Assembly: GCA_016748015.1 (NCBI GenBank)
Contig: JAAOMT010000070.1
Location: 248,001 to 312,000, forward strand
Length of the DNA: 64,000 nucleotides
Direction of reading: 5' to 3'
Source: Geosiphon pyriformis uo1
Taxonomy: Eukaryota > Fungi > Glomeromycota
Shown here: positions 35,615-49,851 of the stretch, one piece after another
How positions within the stretch are numbered: the first letter of the stretch is position 1
Layout: the number at the start of each line of letters is the position of its first letter
Notes under the pieces: generated by a model
The model's database searches: none
Seen by the model: the letters and a program-made list of their open reading frames with translations, nothing else
Told to the model about the DNA's origin: nothing
Program-made: the position numbers and the translations under genes

Positions 35615-36092
35615 ACTTTGTATTAAGGAATTAGTATGTTGAGACTGTTTTAATCTTTAAAGAAAAAAAAAACTGTTTTGGCTTTGGTTGAATATATTTA
35701 GTTTGTAGTAGAATTACATTATACTAAAGTATAATTGATTAGATCCAAACATAGGGTGAATATAGAAAAGATTGATTTGGTCAAGAATAATAATATAATT
35801 GTGAGCTTATCTTATTGTGTAGTGTCTATGTTGTTAAATGAGATGGTTTGTATGCTTGGTGTTATAAAATTCTTTGCTGTTAGTTTTGGTAGATGCAAAA
35901 TATGTCTTTTTTTTTCTGATTTAGGTAATAATGTTTTTATTAGTATAGAAATGTAATGTTGTTTTAACTGGTCCAAGTAATTAGCCACATGTAGCAAATA
36001 TGTGAACTGCATTTAGTTTGAACCTCTTAGTTTAATTTTATATACTAGATAGCAATTGGGCTTTATTTGTAAAATCTTGTGATAAAAAAAAA
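35615..36092 (+). mobile_element. LINE 3' fragment (ORF2 C-terminus, 3' UTR, short A tail), LINE-e type
   Basis: ...LGVIKFFAVSFGRC...ISIEM*; the UTR aligns with 59847-59985. Confidence 0.85.
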
Positions 36093-36247
36093 TATAAGTT
36101 CTTATAGTTTATTTTTATTTATTTATTTATTTTAACAAGTAAGATCCAAACACAACCTAGTGCCTTACATCATACAAATGATCTAAACTAGAAGCAAATT
36201 ATGCGTTTTCTACATGTGACCAGCCACTCAGGCCAGTTAGAACTACA

Positions 36248-39200
36248 CTATATATCTATATGCACAGAAACTAAATCCCCAATACCTGAAAAAAATGGAC
36301 AAAACTTACGAAACCTGAAACCAACTCCAAAAGCCTCAGCCACACCTAGCAATCTAACTACACCAGCTGAAAAAACCATAGACAAACCAGAAACCGAAGC
36401 GGGAGCGGAGCCATTACATGGAATCAAACCATGCTTTTTCATAAATGCCTGGTGCCTGGCACAGACCAACCAAATGTCATCCCAAAATGCAAGACAGAAC
36501 CCATGTACAAAATCCACAATTTTACTAGCTCCAACCTCAGAATCCTTGAAAACCAAGACAGATTCACAATACCAATCATTGAAAACAAGGCCCTTATACA
36601 AAGCAGCACCAATCCCAACCTTGGAAACACAGGAATCCAACAGCTACAAGACACACGAAAAAGACTGAGACAGACCAGAAAGAGTTGTCCAAGCCAAAGC
36701 ATGAATGTCCAACAATTGGGCATGACCAGTAGCATCATGAGAACAAGAAAAGACATGATCCAAGATCTTAACATCACCACAATACAAACACACTACACTG
36801 GGGTACCCCCTATCATACAAATGTTTATGCACAGCAACTGGGAGCCAATGATGAAAGGCCTTTATAAAGTAAGTCCGAAAGCCAGCCATATGTGCACTAG
36901 TGAAACCAGCAGCCAAGTGAGAATTGGGGTGCCACACCAGGGAAGACTTGGACCAATTAATATCAGCACGCAAACCATCTGTCACAACCCAAGAACCAGA
37001 CCCAACCTCCCAGCGAGCGTGATGAACCAAACAGAAAACATCATGAACAAAGTGTCTAGAATTACCAGAAACCGTGGTACCACCCACCTTCAGAAAACGT
37101 TTGCTGACCAAATGAGACAGGCGTCAAGCAGAAGAAGTGGCCTCCTTAGCAAGTGCATCAGCACATTTATTGCCTGGGATGCCTGAATGGCTCTTAACTT
37201 TAATCCAATTCATATCCAAATTCTTGTGATGAATAACATTAGCTATATGACAGCACTTAATCCAACAACAGTTTCTAAAATCCGAATAAACCAACAAAGA
37301 CTCCGACTTGCATGCATCCATAGCAGTTTGGCTGTCCAAAAACAAGTCAACCGACTGAAAAAAGAGAACACACTCAAGAGCCAAAGCAATTGCCTGCAAT
37401 TCCATCAGAGTAAAAGAAACCAAACCAGACACTCCAACACCCAAACCCGAGTTAATGTTCTCAAAGAAAGCAGCAGCACCTGCTTTCACGTCAACAGTGC
37501 CCAGACCACTTAGAGACCCATCCGTATACACAGACAGGCGAGCAGTATCAATGGTTAGCAGAGTGTTACAAACCACACCAAAACCATAAGACAGGCAAAC
37601 ATCAGAACCAGCACGATCCTTTACAAAAGAGGGACAAATAGAAGGAGGAACAACACTACCGAGAAATTGAATGGAGAGATCAAACCACAAAGGAACTGGG
37701 CCACAAGGGTCTAGTTTCTTCCAATGCTTGAAAGTTCCCCAACTGAAAACATCCCCACTATGGTCATGAAGTTGTTCCACAAAAGCAATCCCATAATGTC
37801 TGAGTGAAGAGACACACTTGAAAAAATAGTGTTCACCGAGAACCAGAGACATAGGAGTACCACTCTGATGGTGAAAAACACAAGTCAGAGAGCCACCCAA
37901 AGACAAATCATATCCAGAAAAAATACAAACCACACTCGCCAAAAAATTATTCGAGGAACTGACACCAACACGAGCTGAAAACAGCAAGGAATGACAAGAA
38001 CGCCAGCTGAGAACTTGAAGGTCATGAGACCTATGAGAAAACAAGCAACCCAAGACACCAGTAGAATTTGCAAAAACAACAACAGAGGCCGATTTACTCT
38101 CAGTCTGGATTTGTTCGAAGATCTTTAAATTGTACAAAAAGGGGTGATGAAGCGTATCACTAGAGAAATCACATGGCAACTCAGACTTAGCTTTCAAGAT
38201 CTTGCATATCAGAACATCCCATTTATTACAAACACCAACAGAAATGAAACTGAATTAAGTCCTGTAGCTGATGATAGGGAAAAGAACTACAGACAACAAA
38301 TATGCACACTGTTTGTTCAAAACCGCCTTCCTTAAAACAAAGTTCACAAAAAATCGCACATCCGTCTAAGCTTTAGCCAAGCTAGGCTTCAAAAGACCCT
38401 CAGAAGACAAAAAGATACCCAGATAGCGATGAGATTCCCCCTTCTTGGTGATGGAAATGGGTGAGCCACTAATAGTTAAACATGGGTTCATCACCTGGCA
38501 GTTAATAGGGATGGCAACCATCTTGTCATTATTTATAGAAATGTCATTAAACTTGAAAAATTCACTAGCAACATTAAGGATGTGTTGAGTAGCAGCCTGG
38601 CTGCTACCAATCCAAATAGTATCATTAACGAAAGCACCAGCAGTAAGAAAGAAAGTCAGTCCAGCTTGAGGATCTACTTGACCAGTTTTGGAAATAAAAT
38701 GAGAATTCAATCTGTAGCCACACACACTCTCCTGTCTCTTGACCTCGCACAAAAGTGAATCATAAAAAATATGCCAGAGAAAGGATGAGAAAACTTCTTC
38801 CTGATTCAGCCCATTGTGGACACAATACCCATTAGTCAAGCCAAAATCAGTCATTACCTTGTTGACATGACTATTGTGAATACTGCCAAAAAATCTAATA
38901 AACCTGTCACATATCTTGATCCTAACCAGACTTCTTCTAAGATGTTCCCAACCAACTGAGTCATAAGCTTTGCACATGTCTTGTAAAACCAGCCAAAGTT
39001 TATGGTTCTTCTCCAAGGCATCCTCAACCACAAAACTGATAGCAAAAATAGGAGATTGCATCATCGTACCTTTCAAAACAGAAAAATTATCTCCACGAAG
39101 GACCTCAAAAATGCTGCAAGCCAATGAAATTCTATCTGAAAGGATCTTGGAAAGAATTTTGTGGGCTGTTTTAATTAAAGCTATAGGATGGGTGTTCGTA

Positions 39201-40936
39201 AGAACTTCTTCCCATTCATATGGTTTAGGAATCATTGAAACCCAAGCTTCTCTCCACGGCCCAAGAACTGATTCACCAACCAAACAGAAATTCAAAAGCA
39301 CTAAAAGCATATCTAAAACTGATTTGTCACAATGTCTCCACAATTCGTTGGAGATACCAGAAAGACCAGCTGCCTTTCCATCAGGAAGATTCTTGACAAC
39401 AGTCAACAATTCATCTAAACTAATCAAACACATGACATCAGAGAAAGCACCATCGAACATGTAATCCAGAGGCTAATATTGGTGAGCCCAATCCTCAGAG
39501 ATGTCAGATACCACTTTACGCTTTCTGGTCCATCCCTCCATAATTTTGTCCACCTTAGATTTAACCAAATCAGGCTCTAAAACCAGTTCATCTTCTACAA
39601 CCAGATGATCCAGGACCACCTTGCAAAAAGGATACTTCAAAACACTCCTAATGGTGTGACCCTTGTTCAGCTCAAAACTTTCTATTCTTTTATCAATAGC
39701 CTGCTTGATTGAGGACTTTTTAGTGTGCTTGGATTCCAATAATTTGGAAGAGCAGTACAATTTCCTTGCTTTGGCTAGCACAGAACAAATAAGATTAAAA
39801 TTAGAACCTGAAAGAAACAGAAACCTAACCACCGATGCACCAGGGGAGTCAAGTCTGTGCCACACCTCTAGTAAAGAAGCAAAACCATCACTAGAATCCA
39901 AACGCAAAGCCTTAACCAACTTAGAAACTAGCAGCTCCAGCTTATGAAACCTGGAGGAAGTCTTGGTAAACACACTATCAAAACCTCTGAACTATTTTTT
40001 CTTAAATGTACTACCTACTGAAAGAACCATAATCTTGCAAACAATGTTCCACATAGTGTCCATATCTGAAAACCTCACTGCCACACCAAAAGCATCTGAG
40101 AACATAGAGGCATTAGCAGCTGAAGCATCTTTGAACTTCAACCACCTAGCTCTATTGGCACTCTTGATGTCAAACTTCCAACAATCTTTATTCGCTTGTG
40201 TGTAAAAAGAATTCAAGTGCATATCCAAAAGTCCACCCAAACCCAAAGACACTGAAACAGCTTGATGATCTATGTCAAAATGCTCACTGATATTTAAAAC
40301 TCTATGATTCGCTATTGCATTGACCAGATTCGGGAAGACAAACATGTAATCAATTGTTTTTTTAACACCCCTAGAATTTTCCCAAGTGGGCATTTTCGCA
40401 GCCGGGCTACTGACTAAAGAATTGACCAGACCCAAATCAAAGCATTTTTTGAAACTCGCACTCTTATGAGAACTGTCTTCATTAAAATCACCCCTGAGAA
40501 CGACGAAAGAAGATTCGTTAACAGCCTTTGTAATAAAACAGTTGATCTCATTAGCCTGAGAAAACTGCACCACCAAAGACGCACCAGCATACAGCCCCAG
40601 AATAGACACAGAAAGTTTATTCCCAAAAAGCAGCCTTAATGACAACAGCTGACCAGGTATCTTTGAAATCTTGCACACATGCTTTGCTAAAGAAAAGTCC
40701 ATAATTATTGCAACATCAGAACCCATGTGACCAGAATCCAGACCAGAAGTAAAAACACGAACACCATCAAACTTATCAGCAATCCACGGATGAACCATGC
40801 CTTTTAACTTTGTCTCAGTAACAATGGAGACTAGATTGTTCATATCCTTATGTCAACGTATAATGTCTGCCTGCTTTGCATAATTGTTCATACCTCTGAC
40901 ATTACACGCAGCAATTTTCCAAATTAAGTGAGTCAT
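36248..40936 (-). pseudogene. LINE-d ORF2 (APE-RT-RNase H-CCHC)
   Basis: VTETKL, GDFNE, IDYMF, DIDH; KAYDSV, AFVND; VYTDGS, KSHSGIPGNKCAD; CLYCGDV..LDHVFSC. Several stops. Confidence 0.94.
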
Positions 40937-42865
40937 TGAGAAGACAAGGGAACTGACAAACCCAAACCAAAGCACAAAATATTTAACTTATCCAAAACTG
41001 AACCAACCAAGGCCTCCAAAGCAATCAATTTTGTTTCCAAACCATCCACTTTGGCAGTGAGGACTTTGGAACTACTAGAGCTGAGCTCAATAACAGCATT
41101 ATGAATGACAGATGGAGGAGTACCAGACAAGACCAAAGCAGTATCCATAATTATATCAGAATCCACATTAGAATTCAAAGTTTCAGAAACAGCAGGAAGA
41201 AGGCTCAGAGATGGAGTCGCCACAGGAACCAAATCAATGGATTTCAGTCGAACCAAAATGCCAAAAATGCAGTCAGTCAAAAGCTCCAAAGAGTGCTCTA
41301 AAATTGCCAGCTGGTCATTCAAATAAGAAATGGTAGAAGAGTCAGTCATTATTGAAGAAGAAACCAAACCAGAATGCAAACCAGCACCAACCAAATCAGA
41401 GAAAATCATATGAGAAGAAGAGCCATCAGTAACTTGGGCCCATGTTTTACCACCAAATGAGACTGGACAAGCAATAGGAGCCAACTTTTTCTTATATATT
41501 CCAGCTAGACAAATCCGATCTTGCTCAGAAACCACCTTCTTTCCATGAACACCAGAATACTCATCCAAGGAACAGTTGACCATAACATGACTGAATTGTT
41601 TACAACAAGTGCAACTGGCCAAAGAAAAACCAGCCCAACACAAACTCACACTCTTGAAAACTGGAACAGTACCAATAGCAGCCAACTTGGATGTCTCATC
41701 ACCAAAACAAATTACAGCACATCTATTATGAACATATGAATTAGGATTACGGCCAATGAAACAAGTCTTTCCACCATATGATTCCAACAAACTGGAAAGG
41801 TCATAAGCATTGGTGCCAACCAGAAGAGTATAAAGCAAAGCCCGATGCTGATCTCTTGATATCCATGTTTGTTTATCACTGACTGCCAAAGCCATACACA
41901 CTGAATCTTTTCCCATGAGGACTGACCATTTGGATGCAACCAGACTAGCTACTTCAGATGATTTGAATTCAACTAAGACTTTTTGCCAAAGACCAATCAG
42001 CTGTATCTTGATGGACACAATCTCACCAAATTTAGAAAATACTGATTCTACTGCCGATCTGGAAAAATCTACTGGGATCTCCTTGACAATCACTTCCTGA
42101 TCTGAATGGCTGTTTATTTTCCTTAGATCATCATTTACCAAAATCTTTTCACCAATCGCCATTTCTCTTGCCTTAATCAAACTTTTTTCAGATGTAAATG
42201 ATAATCTTATTATTCCTGGAAATTTTGAGGGAGTTGAAGCTTCCCCAAATCCATCAATTCGATAAAAAATTTTTTTAACTGCCATCAACTTATCAACATT
42301 TGTCTTCCCAGGCACTGCCGAAACCTCAATATCTAATGCGAAAAATTTTACTGGCTTGAAATTCCTTTTTTCTGGGGCACGTAACCTGATATGCGGCACC
42401 TAATTGGCACCATCGAATTTAGGGGGAGGAAGCTCCAGTGCATCATTGTCATCACTTATATGGTCAAACAAAGATTGCTTTGGTGGGTTGCCCAACATAT
42501 ACGTTTGAGTACAAGTTTTCCTTGGCGTATTTTCGTCCATGCCATTGTCTTCACCTGATTCCGCATAGCTGGTTTTTTTGGCCATCGTGTTCGCCATATT
42601 TTCGACATCTGAGAGACCACTGATACTACTAGCAACACTGCCAACCTCACTGCCCCAGGACCCCACAGGCTTGGCACCAGCAACACCAATATCCTCCAGA
42701 CTCAGCGATCCAGTAGACAAGTTGACCACATTACCAGTAGCAGGCTTCTTTGGTTTCTTGTAAGATGCATTCTGAGAGTAGACTGTATCTATGCGCTTCT
42801 TCTTCACACTCTGGCGGGTTCCCAAACCAGCCAGAACCACCAGCAGAAGAGCCTACTGGTTTCAT
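40933..42865 (-). pseudogene. LINE-d ORF1
   Basis: 488-aa open segment plus an upstream 146-aa segment; RRM-like region, CTCCKQFSHVMVNC knuckle, coiled coil. Likely ATG at 42865. Confidence 0.9.
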
Positions 42866-43169
42866 TGCAACAAATAGAGGTATAGTAGAAGAAATGACTT
42901 GATGAACAATGGGTAAAGGAATAAAGTAAAGTGATTTCTCCTAAAAATTTTTATTCGCTCTCACAGTGGCCAGAAGATCAATGAGAGAAAAAGATTTTTT
43001 TGTTTAAAATCAATTTCTTATAACTTATATATAAATCTTGGCACTAACAATTTAAAAAAAATATAAAAAAGCATTTTTTTAAATAAAAATGTTTTTGTTA
43101 ATTTTAAAAAAATTTTTAAAATCTTTTATGTTTTATAAATAATAAAACTATTATAAATTTATTGAAAAA

Positions 43170-46100
43170 CTTTTTTCTCTCTTACTTCTAAAAATTCTCA
43201 AAGAATGCATTTTTTGAAAAAGAAGTTTTTTGGTTTTTTTTGTTAGTTTACATCAATATTTCTTTACTTAATAATTCTTTTATCATTATTTTGAAGACTG
43301 TCTCAAATAGCAACATGTCTAAAAAAAGGTACTCAATAGTGCTTTCTATGATTCTGCTGGTAGTTCTTTTTCACAGAAAAAAAGATTGTTCTTGATAACA
43401 TAAAACACTTTAATGATGAAAAAGATATCTTTCTGAGTAAATCTGGGTTTAGTGATAGTATGTATTCTGATGTGGATAGTCTGTCTGGTAATGATAAGAA
43501 TGTTGACATGACTGGTGTGAATAGTGAGTCTCTTCTGAGCTTGACTGTTACTATTCTTAAGACAAAGTGTATTAATACTAATGCTGATTTTGGCTTTTCA
43601 CTTAGTTTTCCCAATTTTTATATGGATAATAATGAAGTTGTTTTTCTTTTCTGTTTACCTATTTTTCTAGACAAGAAATAGATTGACCTGAAGATTATCA
43701 AAACTCTTGTGAAAGTATCAGTCAGAAAATTTTTTGCTTTGGACATTAATCTTTTAGCAGTAGAAAGCAAATATGCCACAGCTAAAACCCAACTCATCAA
43801 AAAAACTTTTTCTTCAGTCAATGGTTTTGGGCGGGCCACTACCTTTTCAAAATTTGAAGGAATTATCAGATCAACATTTACTTCTGAGAAAAACATAAAT
43901 AAGGCCACATTATTGGCCAAAGAAAAGAGGATTGCTGTAAACACCAATCTTAAAAAACAAGAAATTTGTTCAGATTGGGCTGTGGTAATTAAGGAAATTT
44001 TCATAGATATGCCTAAAAAAATGATCATCATTGTAGTAGCTGAGTTTAGTGAAATTAAGTCGATCAAAATTCAACTAATTGGAATGTGGCAAAAGGCTGT
44101 GGTGGAATTTGCCAAATCAGATCAGGCTGAGTGGTTGGCTGTTAAATAATCCTTCTTAATTGGTAAGAATTCAGTGCATGTGGCTATAACTGTAGAAAAT
44201 TATAATATATGGGCATCAAAAGATCAGTTCAAAGCTTTGCTGTTTACTTTGCCAATAGGAACAACTGTTCATAATTTGGGCACTTTTTTGGATGAGGCTG
44301 ATGGAAAAACCTGTATCATCAATTGCTTATTGGATTCTGGTAACTGAGTTTATTGTGCTGTAGTTGGTTTTAGATCTGAGAAAGATTTGGAGTTTGCATA
44401 TTGCATTGAGTTGATATTTGGTGGTGTTAAATTTTTTTGGGCTAGATTAGATTTGGTTTATTATAAGAGGTGTAGACATTTTAGTCATTCTGTTTTGAAG
44501 TGTAACACACTGACTACAACCACTTTTAAATTTTCAAAGTCCATTAAAAGAGTCATTTCAGATAAATGTTGCCTTTAGCTAGCAAAGTTGTATACAAAAA
44601 AGAGTGTTCCTATCTTCTGTTCTGCTGTCTTTGGTAACAAGTCTTGGACACAGGTGGTTTTACTTGCTTCTTCTTCTGGTGGTCTTTATTTCAGCTCTGG
44701 TTCTGGTTCTGGTTTTTTTTTTCTTGGTGTCTTATGCAATAAAAGAAGTAAACCAGTTGTTAAAAATAATTCCTCTATTAACAATTGTCTGGTCTTGCTG
44801 GAATGTTTCTTGAAGCTTTTGGCTGATCAAGTTTTAGGTATTGTGAAGAAGCTAAGCTCAGTTGACCTAGTGCCTTGGGCATTTGTATCTTAACCTCTCT
44901 TTTCTGCTATGGTTGTGTCTTTGAGTTCAGATTCAGATTCAAATATGGTTTTAAATATTTTGCAAGTGCTCTCTATAACCTCTTCTATGGCTGTAGTGGA
45001 TACATTTTCAACTCTGAATCCAAGTAGTTTAAAAATTCTTACCATTAAGATGGACAGTCTGGAATCAAAATTGGTGGCTCTTGAAACTTCTGTTAATTTT
45101 GTTTTGTTAAAATTGAATTATTTGTGTGCTGGTTTGAATTTCTTAGCATTTCTTTCTTCTCAATGATGGATCTGGTCTGGAAATTTGCTACATGCAATAT
45201 TAGGGGAGTCAATGTTTCTGCCAAGTAAAAAGACATTGTTCATTGGCATAAAGAATCAGGGAATATGGTTTCGATTATTATGGAAACAAAATTGAGATCT
45301 AGCATTAAACCATAGATTATGAATAAGTTTGATGAAGTTCGGATTTTTACTTTTGGTTTGAATACAGATTTTCTTGGTGTTAGGGTTGTCATAACCATGG
45401 ACATTTCTCTGACTTATCATGTATCTAAGATTAAGGAAATTCTTGGTCGGTTGATCTTTGTATGTCTTTTATTTAAAAACAAATTTTCAGTTACTATCTT
45501 GAGTTTCTATACTGGTGTATCTTTTAGTACTTATTTTAGTCAAGCTGCTAATATCAATTCTAAAATCTTTATGGTAATTAGTTCCAGCTTTTTTGTGGTC
45601 TTAGGTGGTAATTTTAATGAAAATAGATCAAAAAAAAGTGCTAGTTTCAAGTTCTGCTTGGATTTGGGTCTGGTCAATACTTTTAATAAACATTCATTGG
45701 CCAAATTTTCTACTTGGAGCAATTTTAGAGGAGTCAAGAAAGTAATAGATTTCATTTTTGTGAGTAAGCATCTGATGTCTGCAATTGTATCACATATTGT
45801 CAATGATGTATCAAGATTCTTTAATACAGATCATAAATCAGTTTCAGTTTCTATTGGTTTAGGTGGACTTCTGAATACCTGTCTTATTAGTGCTCATAAA
45901 CAGACCAACCAAGACCAATGAAAATTCAAGTTGGAGAATATAGATAAAGTTCAGTGGTTGTATTTTAAGAGTTGTTTTTCTGCCAAGTTGTTGGCCAGAT
46001 TTTACATGTTTAGGGTTGCTGAGGACAATAGTAACTTAGATATAATGTGAAAAACATTAGAAGAAGCCATAGTGTAGGCTATTACTAGAGTGTTTTTTAA

Positions 46101-49100
46101 AAGCTGGTATAGTGAATATGATTGTTCAAAGAACAAACAATTTTCAAAATTTTATAAGCTAGAACTGCTTATTGCTAAAATTATGAAATACTAGAATTCT
46201 GGTAACTTTTCAAACTTTGACTGTTTTGTTAGAGTTTAGGCATCTATTGATGATGTTAAAACATCTAAGATTACTAGCATAATTTCAGATGGTATGAGTT
46301 TGATGAATTTGGTTAAGCATTTGTCAGTAATAAGGAAGAAATATTGAAAGTTTAAGTATTTTGAGTCAAAATTAGCTAAAGATACTAATATTAGGAAGAC
46401 TATTGACTGGTATATAAAAAATTTCTGTTTTAACAAGAAACAAATGATAAAAAGCATTTTGGAATGCTTATTTTGCAAGATTGTTTTGGATTATTTGGTA
46501 GTGAACAATGTAATAGTAGTGGAGCCTGAAGAGATAAAGCTTAAGAATAATAAGATTATGAAAGAGTGGACAAAAAAGCAGTTAGTGCTCCCAAAGATGT
46601 CTGATCTGTGGTTTTATTAATATATGCTCTTAGATTATATAGATAATAATACTTTCTCTGGCATAATGAAGGAGATTGATATGGCAGAATTGTTTTTGGT
46701 TATTGATGACTTGCCAAATGATAAAGCAGCTAGGTTGTCTGGAATACCTAATGAACTTTGGAAACATTGTAATGGAGAGGTGTTGGTCTGCCTTTTGAAG
46801 TTAATGAATTTGTGTTTGAGTTTGGACACAGTTCCAGCTGTCTGAAAGAAAGCATGAGTTTCAATAATTCCAAAATCTTATAAATGGAATGGTGTTTTGA
46901 CAAATATTAGGCCTATTGTATTAGTTAATACTACACGTAAAATTTTATTTAAGATTCTTTCTGACCAGATATCTTTGGCTTGTAGCAAATTTGGTGTTTT
47001 TTATGATAATAATTTTTTAGTATTAAAGGGTACTTTTACCCAGTCTCCTATTTTTGCAATTGGATTCATTGTTAAGGATGCTCTAAAAAAGAATAAAGAA
47101 GTTTGGCTGGTACTGTAAGATATGCATAAAGCTTATAACTTGGTAGGCTGATATTATTTGAGGGTAAGCTTGTGCTATATCAAAATATGTAAGTGGTTCA
47201 TCTGGTTTTTTGGCAACATTTATAAAGATAAGATTAACAGGGTAATGACTGACTTTGGACTCTCTGAAAGTTATAGGGTACATAATAGGTTGAATTAGGA
47301 GGAAGTTTTTTTTTTATTCCTTTGGAGAATTTTTTATGATCCATTTTTGTGTGAAGTGAAAAGACATGAGCACTTGTGCAAATACAGAATAGATACTAGA
47401 TTTGTGGTGAAGTCTGACAGGATTAAGACAGTTGGGAGGAAAACTTCTTTTTTGGCTGTTAATGCTTTTGTTAATAATACAATTTGGATTGAAAGCTGTT
47501 AGGCTTCTACACAGTATATTTTGAACATTGCTAGTGAGTTTTTTGAGATTAATAACATTTCAATAAATAACAATAAAACTGTGGCTATTCCCATTAATTA
47601 AAATATTAAGAATGCTTTGCTGTTGATCAATGACTTACCAATTTCAATTGTCAAAAAGAGTGAGTCACATCAATATCTGGGTATCTTTTTATCAACTGAG
47701 AGTCTTTTTAAGCCCAGTTTGGCTCAAGCTCATGTGGATGTTAGGTTTTTTTCTAATGTGGTGTTGAGAAAGACTATTACAAATAAACAATTCTGTTACT
47801 TAGTTTTGGCAGTTTTGCAACTGATTATTAGTTATTGCACACAGCTTAGTTTTGTTTCTTTGGATGTGTATTGTAAATGGAATGTAATAATTAGAAAGAG
47901 TCTTAAAACTAAAGCTGGTTTGCCATGTAACTTCCCCAGTAAAGTCTTGTATTATCTATCTTTGAATAATTTAAAGCCCTTTGAGCAAATGCAGTCTGAG
48001 GGAAAACTGGCTTCTTTAATTTTATTTTCCAATGATTACAGCATTTTTGGGCATTTGTTTTGATCATAGATTTTTAGATTTACAAGTTTTGGGTTGGTCT
48101 TCTCTAAATTCTTTACAATTTTCTGTCAGATTATATGTCAGTCCTATGAATAATTTTTTGGTGGGAGTGGTGAAAATTTTTCTGGTAAATAAGTTGTTTC
48201 TAACAAACAATCTGCCTTGTGTCTTCCATGAATCTGGTATTTTTCTGATGTCTGGTATTTTGGATCAGTTCTTGTACTACAAATTTGTTTTTTTGTTGAA
48301 ACAATTTGGCATTGCATTTGGTGACAGACTTCTTGACAAAAAGAGAAAGGTAATAAACTGGAAAACATTTCGGCATTAAAAGTAGTTGGATCCAAGAGGC
48401 TTTGTGCCTTACTGGTTCAGGTTGACATCTGATTTTATGAGCATTTCTGCTTCTTCGGAGGTCAAAGCTGCTGCTGTTTTTGGAAAAGATATGCTAAATG
48501 TTTTAGATTCTGAAAGGTTTTTTTTTGTTTATGGTAGTTTATTGGAGATATAGTCTGATTGTATTGAGGTCTACATGGATAGATCTTTAAAAGGTGTTGG
48601 TTCCATTGAAGTGACAGATGAGGCAGCTGTATACTTTCCAGCTGCTGACATGAGTATTGGGTTTAAGATGACTGGGCTTCTGTTTTCTACTTTAACTGAA
48701 CTGCAGACTGTGGCTTTGGCTTTAGAGTGTGTTTTATCTTCATGTTCTGTGATTCTGTACTCGGATAGCCAATAAGCAATTGACACTTGTGTGTTTGAAA
48801 CTTTTTTCACTGTGTCTGATTTTTGTAACCAATGTTGGATCAAAAGATTGCAAATTGTCAATCTTTTTAAAGATAAAAACATTTCAATTAAATGGATGAA
48901 AGTTAAGGGCCATTCAGATGTATCTGGCAATATTAAGACTGATGTATTGGCTAGTGATGCTACTTCCTCTCCTCTTTTTTTGCTGGTTAAAATTTGGGAA
49001 AGATTTTTGGTTGCTGAAAAGACTGCTGTATCTGGCAATATTCATTACTTTGTTCATAATCTGCACCATTTAATTTGCCATGTTCATTGAAAGGCTGGTC

Positions 49101-49851
49101 CTGGTTTTGATATAGTTTCAAGTGCTATAATTAAGAATATAGATTGGAGACATACCATAATAGTTTGGCACCCTAATTCACATATGTTTTCAGAGTTTAC
49201 AAGTAAGAATTTGGCCAATTTGTGTACTTATTTAATAAAGACAGTTTATAGATGGCTATTAGTTGTAGTTAAGAAAAAGTTGTATAACAAAAGTTATTCT
49301 GGAGTATTGTACTTGTTATGTAATAAGATAGAATTGTCTAATCATGATTTTACTTGTTCTGGTAACTCTGGTCTCTGTGAGAACATTTTGGTTGAAGCTG
49401 CTGGGAAATAAATGTCATTGTTTAATCTTTTATGCTTATTTGGTTCTGCTATTTTGTGTTTACTAGCAATATGTTCTTCAGATGTGGGTCTGTATACTAC
49501 TGTTTGCAAAGGCTTTATAATAAGAGATTGGTATACTGAAGCTGCTTTGGTTTTTGAGAGTAAGGGTAAAACTGCTCTGGTTCTTGTAAAGTTTATTAGA
49601 TTTGTGATAGAGTTGTATTGCACTAAGATGTGAATTGTCAAGGCCAAACATAGAATAGATATAAAGAAAACTGGCCTAGTCAGGATTACTGGTGTGGTTT
49701 CAGACTTGTCTTATTATAAGATATCTGTATTGTCAGTCGAAGTTGTCCATATGCTTGGCATTATAAAATCTTTTGCTGTTAGGTTTGGTAGATGCAGATT
49801 GTGTCATTTTTTTTCTGGTTTAAGTGGTGATGCTTTTGTTAATATAGACAT
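43170..49851 (+). mobile_element. LINE-e: full-length degenerate LINE (ORF1 ~43315-45166; ORF2 45163-49851), split by LTR-C
   Basis: Same domain series in fragments. ORF2 ends ..NID M*, with the final Met codon split by the LTR insertion. The 5' boundary is approximate. Confidence 0.92.

Larger units (their letters stand above)
36108..43000 (-). mobile_element. LINE-d: full-length LINE, least degraded copy
   Basis: 5' motif 42958-42992, ORF1, ORF2, 3' UTR and (TAAA)n-type tail 36108-36133. More CpG is retained than in the other copies. Confidence 0.96.

Noticed and set aside
36201-42763. Long plus-strand ORFs (e.g. 36431-37186, 38970-39464) and similar antisense or alternate-frame ORFs elsewhere (7616-8068, 32369-32773)
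   Set aside because: Shadow ORFs of TE coding sequence, with no motifs and not preserved between copies.
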